The notes beneath the pieces were generated by a model. That model made no database searches. It was given only the letters and a program-made list of their open reading frames with translations, and was not told where the DNA came from. DNA of 64,000 nucleotides from the NCBI GenBank assembly GCA_964035545.1, contig OZ037766.1:19084767-19148766 (forward strand), given 5' to 3'. Made by a program: the position numbers and the translations under genes. The stretch is from Bugula neritina (taxonomy: Eukaryota > Animalia > Bryozoa). Shown here piece after piece: positions 18,001-32,073 of the stretch. The first letter of the stretch is position 1. Each line of letters opens with the position of its first letter.

Positions 18001-19500
18001 CTGTAAAATGTTGAAATACACTGCAACACATTAAAATATACTGCAACACACTGAAGTATACTGCAACATACTGTAATATACTGCAACATACTGCAACATA
18101 CTGAAATACACTGTAACATACTGTAAGATACTGAAATACACTGCAACAAACTGCAACATACTGGAGTATACTGTACATATTGGAAAACACTGCAACACAC
18201 TGATATATACTGCAACACACTGAAATATACTGCAACACTCCATGTACATCGTAATATACGCACATGTACTGTAACATACTGAAACATACTGAAACATACT
18301 GAAACAAAATGAAATAAACTGTAACACACTGAGTAATACTGCAAAATACTGAAATATACTGTAACACAGTGAAGCATACTGCAAAATTCTGAAACATACT
18401 GTAACATACTGAAACATGAGCAATATACTGAAAAATGCCTCAACATACTCAAGTAAACTAAAAGAAACTGCAACATACGTAATTACATTGTAACATAGTG
18501 ACATACATTGCAACATACTGCAACATACTGAAGTACACTGTAAAATATTGAAATACACTGCAACACATTGGAATATACTGCAACACACTGAACTATACTG
18601 CAACATACTGCAACATACTGAAATACACTGTAACATACTGTAACATACTGAAATACACTGCAACAAACTGCAACATACTGAAGTACACTATACATATTGA
18701 AAACACTGCAACACACTGAAATATACTGCAACACACTGAAATATACTGCAAAATACTGAAGTATACTTCAACACACTGCAGCATACTGAAAGACACTACA
18801 ACTAACTGAAGTATAGTGCAATATACAGAAATGTACTGTAACATACTGATATTTACTGTAACACACTTAAATATACTGCAACATACTGAAATACACTGTA
18901 ACATACCGAAATAAGCTGCAACATACTGCAACATACTGAAATACACTGCAACATACTAAAATACACTGCAACATTCTGCAACATACTTCAACATACTGAA
19001 TTACACCATAACAAAATGAAATACACTGCAACACATTGAAATATAATGCAACAAACTGAAATATACTGCAACATACTGAAGTTTACTGCAACATACTGAA
19101 ATACACTGCAACATATCGAAGTATATCGTAATATACGGACATGTACTGTAACATACTGAAACGCACTGAAACATACTGAAACATACTTCAACACACTGAA
19201 ATATACTAAAACATATTGAAATATACTGCAACATACTGCAACATACTGAAATACACTGTAACAAACTGAAATACACTGCAACACATTGGAATATACTGCA
19301 ACATACCCTATCATGTTGTATTATACTGAAATATACTGCAACATACCGCAACATACTGAAATACACTGTAACAAACTGAAATACACCGCAACACAATGGT
19401 ATATACTGCAACATACCCAAATATATGGTAATATACTGAATTACACTGCAGCATTCTGCAACATACTTCAACATACTGAAATGTACTGCAACATACTGAA
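1..19500. repeat. Higher-order repeat domain: units 1-3814, 3815-5233 (short, 1419 bp), 5234-8742 (rearranged), 8743-12506 and 12507-16270 (3764 bp each), 16271-~19500 (partial)
   Basis: Identical ORF-track peptides recur at offsets of 3764 (9203/12967/16731; 8790/12554/16318), 3814 (48/3862) and 1419 (3862/5281). Rare marker words (TAGGCCTCAAC, TGTTGCGCAC, GACACTACAACT) recur in register. Confidence 0.93.
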
Positions 19501-22500
19501 ACACACTTCAACATAACGAGGTATATCGAAATATACGGACATGTACTGTAACAAACTGAAACACACTGAAACATACTGAAACATACCGAAACATACTGAG
19601 ACGTACTGAAATACACTGCAACATGCTGCAGTATACTGAAGTACAGTGTAACATATTGAACTACACTGCAACACATTGAAATATACCGCAACACACTGAA
19701 ATATACTGCAACACATCCAAGTACATCGTAATATACGGACATGTACTGTAACATACTGCAACTTACTGCAACATACTGAAAAACACTGTAACATACTGTA
19801 ACATAATAAGATACACTGCAAAAAACTGCAACATACTGAAGTACACTGTACATATTGAAAAACACTGCAACACAATGAAATATACTTCAACACACTGAAA
19901 TATACTAAAACATGTTGAACTATACTGCAACATACTGCAACATACTGAAATACACTATAACAAACTGAAATACACTGCAACACATTGGAATATACTGCAA
20001 CATTCCTTGATATATTGTAATATACTGAAATACACTGCAACATACCGCAACATACTAAAATACACTGTTACAAACTGAAATACACTGCAACACATTGGCA
20101 TATACTGCAACATACCCAAATATATGGTTTTATACTGAAATATACTGAATTACACTGCAACACATTGAAAAATACTGCAACATACTGAAAGACACTACAA
20201 CTCACTGAAGTGTAGTGTAATATACGGAAATGTACTGTAACATACTGATACTTACTGTAACACACTGAATCATACTGCAACATACTGCAATACACTGTAA
20301 AATACCGAAACAAACTGCAACATACTGCAACATACTGAAGTACACTGTAACATACTAAAATACACTGTAACATTCTGCAACATACTCCAACGTACTGAAA
20401 TACACTGTAACACAATGAAATACAATGCAAAATACTGCAACATACTGAAGTACACTGTAAAACGTTGAAATACACTGCAACACATTAAAATATACTGCAA
20501 CACACTGAAGTAACTGCAACATACTGAAATATACTGCAACGTACTGCAACATACTGAAATACACTGTAACATACTGCAACATAGTTAAATACACTGTAAC
20601 AAACTGAAATATACTGCAACATACTGAAATGTACTGCAACATGCTGAATTACACTGCAACATATCGAAGTATATCGAAATATACGGACATGTACTGTAAC
20701 ATACTGAAACATGCTGAAACATACTGAAACATACTGAAATATACTGAAATACACAGCAAAATACTGCAACATACTGAAGTACGCTGTAACATATTGAAAT
20801 ACACTGCAACTTATTGAATTATACCGCAACACACTGAAATATACTGCAACGCATCCAAGTACATCGTAATATACGGACATGTACTGTAACATACTGAAAC
20901 ATACTGAAACATACTGAAACATACTGAAACAAAATGAAATATACTGTTGCGCACTGAATAATACTGCAAAATGCCGAAATAAACTGTAACACAGTGAGGT
21001 ATACTGCAAAATTCTGAAATATACTAAAACATACTGAAATAGGCCTCAACATACTCAAATATACTGCAAGATACTGCAACATACGTAAACACACTGTAAC
21101 ATACTGAAATACACTGCAACATACTGCAACATACTGAAGTACACTGTGAAATATTGAAATACACTGCAACACATTAAAATATACTGCAACACACTAAAAT
21201 GTACTGCAACATACTGATATATACTGCAACATACTGCAACATACTGAAAAACACTGTAACATACTGTAACATACTGAAATACACTGCAAAAAACTGCAAC
21301 ATACTGAAGTACACTGTACATATTGAAAAACACTGCAACGCAATGAAATATACTTCAACACACTGAAATATACTAAAACATGTTGAAATATACTGCAACA
21401 TACTGCAACATACTGAAATACACTGTAACAAACTGAAATACACTGCGACACATTGGAATATACTGCAACATTCCCTGATATATTGTAATATACTGAAATA
21501 CACTGCAACATACCGCAACATACTAAAATACACTGTTACGAACTGAAATACACTGCAACACATTGGTATATACTGCAACATACCCAAATATATGGTATTA
21601 TACTGAAATATACTCAAATACAATGCAACACATTGAAAAATACTGCAACATACTGAAAGACACTACAACTCACTGAAGTATAGTGTAATATACGGAAATG
21701 TACTGTAACATACTGATGCTTACTGTAACACACTGAATCATACTGCAACATACTGCAATACACTGTAACATACCGAAACAAACCGCAACATACTGCAACA
21801 TACTGAAATACACTGTAACATACTAAAACACACTGCAACGTTCTGCAACATACTCCAACGTACTGAAATACACTGTAACATAACGAAATACACTGCAATA
21901 CAATGAAATATACTGCAACACACTGAAATATACTGCAACACATCCAAGTACATCGTAATATATGGACATGTACTGTAACATACTGAAACATACTGAAACA
22001 TACTGAAACAAAATGAAATAAACTGTAACACACTGAGTAATACTGCAAAATGCTGAAATATACTGTAACACAGTGAAGTATACTGCAAAATCCTGAAACA
22101 TACTGTAAGATACTGAAACATGAGCAATATACTGAAAAATGCCTCAACATACTCAAAGGCACTGCAAGAAACTACCACATGCGTAAATACACTGTAACAT
22201 ACTGACATACACTGCAACATACTGCAACATACTGAAGTCCACTGTAAAATATTGAAATACACTGCAACACATTGGAATATACTTCAACACACTGAACTAT
22301 ACTGCAACATACTGAAATATACTGCAACATACTGCAACATACTGAAATACACTGTAACATACTGTAACATACTGAAATACACTGCAACAAACTGCAACAT
22401 ACTCAAGTACACTGTACATATTGAAAAACACTGCAACACACTGAAATATACTGCCACACACTGAAATATACTGCAAAATACTGAAATATACTTCAACATA

Positions 22501-25500
22501 CTGCAGCATACTGAAAGACACTACAACTTACTGAAGTATAGTGTAATATACGGAAATAAACTGTAACATACTGATATTTACTGCAACGCACTGAAATATA
22601 CTGCAACATACTGAAATACACTGTAACATACTAAAATATACTGCAACATTCTGCAACATACTTCAACATACTGAAATGCACTGTAACATAATGAAATACA
22701 CTGCAACACATTGAAATATAGTGCAACACACTGAAATATACTGCAACTCATCCAAGTACATCGTAATATACGGACATGTACTGTAACATACTGAAACATA
22801 CTGAAACGTACTGAAACAAAATGAAATAAACTGTAACACACTGAGTAATACTGCAAAATGCTGAAATATACTGTAACACAGTGAAGTATACTGCAAAACT
22901 CTGAAACATACTGTAACATACTGAAACATGAGCAATATACTGAAAAATGCCTCAACATACTCAAATACACTGCAAGAAACTGCAACATACGTAAATACAC
23001 TGTAACATACTGACATACACTGCAACATACTGCAACATACTGAAGTACACTGTAAAATATTGAAATACACTGCAACATACTGAAACATACTGCAACATAC
23101 TGAAATACACTGTAACATATTGAAATACACTGCAACACATTGAAATATGCTGCAACACACTGAAATATGTGGCAACATACTGAAATATACTGCAAGACAA
23201 TGAAATATACGGCAACATACTGAAATAAACCTAAAAATATTGAAACACGCTGAAATACACTGTAGGATACTGAAATACACTGCAACACATTGGAATATAC
23301 TGCAAAACACTGAAATATACTGCAACATACTGAAATATACTGCAACATACTGCAACATACTGAAATACACTGTAACATACTGAAATACACTGCAACAAAC
23401 TGCAACATACTGCAACATACTGAAGTACACTGTGACATATTGAAACACACTGCAACACACTGAAATGTACTGCAACACACTGAAATATACTGCAAAATAC
23501 TGAAGTATACTTCAACATACTGCAACAGACTGAAATGCACGGTAATATACTGAAATACACTGCAACACATCGGAATATACTGCAACATACCTATATGTAC
23601 AGCAATATACTGAAACATACTAAAACAGACTGTAATGCATTGAAAATTACTGCAACATACTGAAGTATAGTGTAATATACGGAAATGTACTGTAACATAC
23701 TGATATTTACTGTAACACACTGAAATATACTGCAACATACTAAAATACACTGTAACATACTGAAATATACTGCAACATACTGCAAAATACTGAAATACAC
23801 TGTAACATATTGAAATACTCTTCAACACATTGAAATATGCTGAAACACACTGAAACATATGGCAACGTACTGAAATATACTGCAAGACTTTGAAATGTAC
23901 TGCAACATACTGAAATAAACCTAAAAATATTGAAAAATGCTGAAATACACTGCAACACATTGGAATATACTGCAAAACACCTAAATATACTGCAACATAC
24001 TGAAATATACTGCAACATACTGCAACATACTGAAATACACTGTAACAAACTAAAATACACTGCAACACACTGAAATGTACTGCAACACACTGAAATATAC
24101 TTCAACATACTGAAATATACTGCAATATACTGCAACATATTGAATTACACTGCAACATTCTGAAGTATACTTCAGCATACTGAAAGATACCTAAAAATAT
24201 TGAAACATACTGAAATACACTGTAAGATATTGCAATACACTGCAACATATTGGAATATACTGCAACACATTGAAATATATATGGTAACCTACTGAAATAT
24301 ACTGCGAGACATTGAAATATACTGCAACATACTGAAATATACCTAAAAATATTGAAACACACTTAAGTACACTGCAACACATTGGAATATACTGCAAAAC
24401 ACTGAAATATACTGCAACATACTTAAATACACTGTAACATATCGAAATATACTGCAACATACGGCCACATACTGAAATATACTGTAACATACTGTAACAT
24501 AGTGAAATACACTGCAACAAACTGCACCATACTTAAGTACACTGTACATATTGAAAAACACTGCAACACATCGAAATATACTTTACCACACTGAAATATA
24601 CTGAAACATACTGAAATATATTGCAACATACTGAAATACACTGTAACAAACTGAAATACACTGCAACATATCGAAGTATATCGTAATATACGGACATGTA
24701 CTGTAACATACTGAAACACACTGAAACATACTGAAACATACTGAAACATACTTCAACACACTGAATTATACTAAAACATACTGAAATATACTGCAACATA
24801 CTGCAACATACTGAAATACACTGTAACAAACTGAAATACACTGCAACACATTGGAATATACTGCAACATACCCTATCATATTGTAATATACTGAAATATA
24901 CTGCAACATACCGCAACATACTGAAATACACTGTAACAAACTGAAATACACTGCAACACAATGGTATATACTGCAACATACCCAAATATATGGTAATATA
25001 CTGAAATACACTGCAGCATTCTGCAACATACTTCAACATACTGAAATGTACTGCAACATACATAAACACACTGCAACATAACGAGGTATATCGAAATATA
25101 CGGACATGTACTGTAACAAACTGAAACACACTGAAACATACTGAAACATACCGAAACATACTGAGACATACTGAAATACACTGCAACATGCTGCAACATA
25201 CTGAAGTACAGTGTAACATATTGAACTACACTGCAACACATTGAAATATACCGCAACACACTGAAATATACTGCAGCACATCCAAGTACATCGTAATATA
25301 CGGACATGTACTGTAACATACTGAAACATACTGAAACATACTGAAAGAAAATGAAATATACTGTTACACACTGAATAATACTGCAAAATGCCGAAATAAA
25401 CTGTAACACAGTGAAGTATGCTGCAAAATTCTGAAATATACTGTAACATACTGAAATAGGCCTCAACATACTCAAATATACTGCAAGATACTGCAACATA

Positions 25501-27921
25501 CTGAAGTACACTGTAAAATATTGAAATACACTGCAACACATTGGAATATACTGCAACACACTGAAATGTACTGCAACATACTGAAATATACTGCAACATA
25601 CTGCAACATACTGAAAAACACTGTAACATACTGTAACATACTGAAATACACTGCAAAAAACTGCAACATACTGAAGTACACTGTACATATTGAAAAACAC
25701 TGCAACACAATGAAATATACTTCAACACACTGAAATATACTAAAAAATGTTGAAATATACTGCAACATACTGCAACATACTGCAACATACTGAAATACAC
25801 TATAACAAACTGAAATACACTGCAACACATTGGAATATACTGCAACATTCCTTGATATATTGTAATATAGTGAAATACACTGCAACATACCGCAACAGAC
25901 TAAAATACACTGTTACAAACTGAAATACACTGCAACACATTGGTATATACTGCAACATACCCAAATATATGGTATTATACTGAAATATACTGAAATACAA
26001 TGCAACACATTGAAAAATACTGCAACATACTGAAAGACACTACAACTCACTGAAGTATAGTGTAATATACGGAAATGTACTGTAACATACTGATACTTAC
26101 TGTAACACACTGAATCATACTGCAACATACTGCAATACACTGTAAAATACCGAAACAAACTGCAACATACTGCACAATACTGAAATACACTGTAACATAC
26201 TAAAATACACTGCAACATTCTGCAACATACTCAAACGTACTGAAATACACTGTAACACAATGAAATACAATGCAAAATACTGCAACATACTGAAGTACAC
26301 TGTAAAATGTTGAAATACACCGCAACACATCAAAATATACTGCAACACACTGAAGTATACTGCAATATACTGAAATATACTGCAACATACTGCAACATAC
26401 TGAAATACACTGTAACATACTGCAACATACCTAAATACACTGTAACAAACTGAAATATACTGCAACATACTGAAATGTACTGAAACATGCTGAAATACAC
26501 TGCAACATATCAAAGTATATCAAAATATACGGACATGTACTGTAACATACTGAAACATACTGAAACATACTGAAACATACTGAAATATACTGAAATACAC
26601 AGCAAGATACTGCAACATACTGAAGTACGCTGTAACATATTGAAATACACTGCAACACATTGAAATATACTGCAACACATTGAAATATACTGCAACATAC
26701 GGAAATATATGGTAAACCACTGAAATATACTGTAACACAATGAAACATTGCGCAACATACTGAAACACACTGCAACATACGGCATCATACTAAAATATAC
26801 TGCAACACATTGAAATATACTGCAACATACTGAAAGATACTGCAAGATATTGCAACATACCGAATTACACTGTGACATACTGAAATACATTGCAACATAC
26901 TGCAACATACTGAAATGTACTGCAACATGCTGAAATATACTGCAACATACTGAAATACGCTGTAACATACTGAATTACACTGCAACATACTGCAACATAC
27001 TGAAATACGCTGTAACATATTGAAATACACTGCAACACATTGAGAGATACTGCAACATACTGAAACATACGGCAACATACTGAAATATACTGCAACACAT
27101 TGAAATATACTGCAACATACTGAAATGTGCTGTAGCATCCTCAAATACACTGCAACACACTGAAGTATACTGTAATATACAGAAATGTACTGTAACATAC
27201 TGAAACATACGGCAACATACTGCAATACACTGGAACATATTGAAATACACTTCAACACATTGAAATATACTGCAACACACTGAAAGATACTGCAAGATAC
27301 TGCAACATACTGAAATACACTGTGACATACTGAAATACACTGCAACATACTGCAACATATTGAAATGTACTGCAACATGCTGAAATATACTGCAACATAC
27401 TGAAATACAGTGTAACATACTGAATTACACTGCAACATACTGCAACGTACTGAAATACGCTGTAACGTATTGAATTACACTGCAACACATTCAGAGATAC
27501 TGCAACATACTGAAACATATGGCAACATACTGAAATATACTGCAACACATTGTAATATACTGCAACATACTGAAATATGCTGTAGCATACTGAAATACAC
27601 TGCAACACACTGAAGTATACTGTAATATACAGAAATGTACTGTAACATACTGAAACATACGGCAACATACTCAAATGTACTGCAGCATACTTAAATATAC
27701 CGCAACAAACCGAATTTTATGGTAACATACTGAAATATGTTGCAAGCTACTAAAATGTCCTGCAACATACCGAAATACACTGTAACATACTAAAATACAC
27801 TGCAACATTCTGCAACATACTCCAACGTACTGAAATACACTGTAACACAATGAAATACAATGCAAAATACTGCAACATACTGAAGTACACTGTAAAATGT
27901 TGAAATACACTGCAACACATT
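1..27921. repeat. Satellite array of 10-bp monomers (ACTGCAACAT / ACTGAAATAC / ACTGTAACAT / ACTGAAATAT variants), open at the left window edge
   Basis: Continuous 10-bp periodicity in every line; + strand A/C-rich and G-poor; almost all indels are multiples of 10. Confidence 0.98.
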
Positions 27922-28670
27922 TGTTACTGGCCCCGTATGAATTAAACCAGGATTTCCAAACGCAGAAGTTTATTGGTTATACTTGTTGGTAAACTTGCTG
28001 TGATAAACTTGCTGTGATAAACTTGCTGTGATAAACTTGCTGTGATAAACTTGCTGAGATAAACTTGCTGAGATAAACTTGCTGGGAAAAACTAAATAAG
28101 AAAGGCAAAAGTTATATAAATGATTGCATGCATATAAATGTGGTTAAAAATATTAGAGTAATGCTCACAAAAAACATAAAATAAATTTATTATAAAATAA
28201 TAATTCAGATGATAATATGAATAAAGGTAACCAACCTCTTGGGTCCTTCATAAACAGTGCCAGTAAATAATATATTGTTGAACCAGCAGATAAATAAAAT
28301 AGTAATTACAGTTTTGTTAAAGAGTGCTGCCAACTGATTGTATTAAGTTTGTAAGGTGTTTATATACTCTGGTTGTTGTTACTGTACCAGGCAAAAACAT
28401 ATTGCATAAACAACTATTGTCCCTAAAAAATACCACAATGATTGTGTCCCAAAACATAGTAAATATTTACTGGGTAGCCTCAGGTTACCAACCCAGCCTG
28501 TACAGGTAGGGCAAGAATGACAGCCACCCCAACCACAATAACCTGACCACAAATTCAATAGTCAGCACAAGGCAGATGAGTAATGCCTGCTGACGTATGT
28601 CACCTAAACATAAATAGGAAGTTAATGGGGTCAACAGTTATTTATAGTGGGTAACACACAACCAGTTACA
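27922..28670 (-). mobile_element. Solo LTR (749 bp) inserted in the satellite
   Basis: TGTTACTGG...CCAGTTACA termini (8/9 inverted match); 5-bp TSD ACATT at 27917-27921 and 28671-28675; removing it restores the satellite word TGCAACACATTAAAATATACTGC. Strand is tentative, from an AATAAA on the - strand at 27969-27974. Confidence 0.88.
27990..28084. repeat. 14-bp tandem repeat (GATAAACTTGCTG[T/A]) x ~7 inside the solo LTR
   Basis: AAACTTGCTG cores at 27991, 28005, 28019, 28033, 28047, 28061 and 28075. Confidence 0.95.
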
Positions 28671-31600
28671 ACATTAAAATATACTGCAACACACTGAAGT
28701 ATACTGCAATATACTGAAATATACTGCAACATACTGAAATGTACTGCAACATGCTGAAATACACTGCAACATATCGAAGTATATCGAAATATACGGACAT
28801 GTACTGTAACATACTGAAACATACTGAAACATACTGAAATATACTGAAATACACAGCAACATACTGCAACATACTGAAGTACGCTGTAACATATTGAAAT
28901 ACACTGCAACACATTGAAATATACTGCAACACATTGAAATATACTGCAACATACGGAAATATATGGTAAACCACTGAAATATACTGTAACACAATGAAAC
29001 ATTGCGCAACATACTGAAACACACTGCAACATACGGCATCATTCTAAAATATACTGCAACACATTGAAATATACTGCAACATACTGAAAGATACTGCAAG
29101 ATATTGCAACATACTGAATTACACTGTGACATACTGAAATACATTGCAACATACTGCAACATACTGAAATGTACTGCAACATGCTGAAATATACTGCAAC
29201 ATACTGAAATACGCTGTAACATACTGAATTACACTGCAACATACTGCAACATACTGAAATACGCTGTAACATATTGAAATACACTGCAACACATTGAGAG
29301 ATACTGCAACATACTGAAACATACGGCAACATACTGAAATATACTGCAACATATTGAAATATACTGCAACATACTGAAATGTGCTGTAGCATACTCAAAT
29401 ACACTGCAACACACTGAAGTATACTGTAATATACAGAAATGTACTGTAACATACTGAAACATACGGCAACATACTGCAATACACTGGAACATATTGAAAT
29501 ATACCGCAACAAACCGAATTTTATGGTAACATACTGAAATATGTTGCAAGCTACTAAAATGTCCTGCAACATACCGAAAAATACTGCAACTTTGCAACAT
29601 AATGAAATATACTGAAAATCACTGAAATATACTGCAACAATTTAAAAATTACTGTATGATACTGAAATATACTGAAACATACTGAGGCATCCTGCAACAT
29701 ACTTAAATATACCAGAGCATACTGGGATAAACTGTGACACACTAAAACATACTGCAACACACTGAAACATACGGCATCATACTAAAATATACTGCGACAC
29801 ATTGAAATATACTGCAACATACTGAATTATATACTTCAAGATACTACAACATACTTAAAAACACTGTGACATACTGAAATACACTGCAACATACTGAACT
29901 ATAGTGCAACATATCGAAAGATATCGTAATATAAGGAAATGTACGGTAACATACTGAAACATACTGAAACATACGGAAAGATACTGAAATATACTGGAAC
30001 ATACCGAAACATACTGCAACATATGAAATATACTGCAGCACATTGAAATAAACTGCAACATACTGAAATATGCTGTAGCATACTGAAATACACTGCAATA
30101 TACTACAACATACTGAAATACACTGGAACATTGAAACACACTGCAACACATTGAAATATACTGCAACATACCGAAATATATGGTAAACTACTGAAATATA
30201 CTGTAACAGAATGAAACATAACGCAACATACTGAAACACACTGCAACATACGGGATCATACTAAAATATACTGCGACACATTGAAGTATACTGCAACATA
30301 CTGAAAGATACTGCAAGATATTGCAACATACTGAAATACACTGTGACATACTGAAATACACTGCAACATACTGAAATGTACTGCAACATACTGAAACATA
30401 CCGCAACATACTGAAATACACTGCAGCATACTTTAATATACCGCAACAAACCGAATTGTATGGTAACATACTGAAATATGTTGCAAACTATTAAAATGTA
30501 CTGCAACATACCGAAAAATACTGCAAAAATACTGAAATATACTGCAACATTTTAAAAGTTACTGTATGATACTGAAATATACTGAAACATACTGAAACAT
30601 GCTGCAACATACTTAAATATACCGGAACATACTGGAATAAACTGTGACACACTAAAATATACTGCAACATACTGAAAAATACTGCAACATACTGAAATAT
30701 ACTACAACATACTAAAACATACTGCAACATTCTGAAATATACTGTAACATACTGAGATATACGGTAACATGCTGAAATATACTGCAACGTAATGAAATAA
30801 ACTGCAACATACTGAAATACACTGAAACATACTGAAAAACACTGTAACATACTGCAACATACTGCAACATACTGATTTACACTGTAACATATTGAAATAT
30901 ACTGCAACATACCGAAATATACTGTAAGATACTGCAATATACTGCAATATACTGAAATACAGTGTAACATACTGAAATACACTGTAACTTACTCAAATAA
31001 ACTGTAAACTACTGAAATATGCTGTAAAATACTTGAATATACTGAAAAATGCTGAAATATTTTGCAACATACCTAAATATACTGCAACATACTGAAACAT
31101 ACTGAAATATACTGAAACTTTCTGAAATATACTGCAACATACTGAAAGACAATGAAACAAACTGAAATATACTGTAACATACTGCCAGATACTGCAATAT
31201 ACCGAAATATACTGTAACATACTGAACTATACTGCAACATGCTGAAATACAGTGTAACATACTGAAATACACTGTAACATACTCAAAAAAACTGTAAACC
31301 ACTGAAATATACTGTAAAATACTGAAATATACTGAAACATACTGAAATACAATGTAACGCACTGAAAAATACTACAACATACCAAAATACACGAAAACAT
31401 ATTGAAGTATACGGCAACATACTGACTAACAGTGTAACATAGTGAAATACAGTGTAACATAGTGATATACACTGTGACATACTCAAACAACCCGTAAACA
31501 GCTGAAATATACCAACACATACTGAAATATATTGAATTATATTAAATTATAATGTAACGTACTGAAACTTACTGCGATTTACCAAAATACACTGAAACAT

Positions 31601-32073
31601 ACTGAAATACACTGGAACATACTCAAATAAACCGTAAACTACTGAAATATACTGTAACATACCTAAATATACTGATACATATTGAACTATTTTGCAACAT
31701 ATCGAGATATACTGCAACATACCGAAATACGCTGAAACATACTGGAATACACTGTAACATATTCAAATAAACTTTAAATCACTGAAACATACGGTAACAT
31801 ACTGAAACATACTGAAACATACTCAAATATACTGCAACATGCTGTAATATACTCAAACATACTAAAATATACTGAAACATACTGAAATATACTGTAACAT
31901 ACTGAAATATACTGCAACATACTAAAATACGCTATAAAATACTGAAATACACTGCAAAATACTCAAGTAAACTGTAAACTCCTGAAATATACTGTAACAT
32001 ACTGAAATATACTGCAACAGACTGAAATAATATTATATACTGCAACATACTAAAAAAATTTCCAACATACCGC
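28671..32073. repeat. Distal, increasingly degenerate part of the 10-bp satellite
   Basis: Same monomer; more substitutions and no kb-scale register beyond ~30.7 kb; ends abruptly at Gypsy gag sequence. Confidence 0.95.

Noticed and set aside
1-32073. CRISPR-like array or telomerase-made repeat
   Set aside because: No constant repeat with unique spacers and no cas genes. Monomers are heterogeneous, lack G-runs and are amplified as kb blocks, which points to recombination rather than templated addition.
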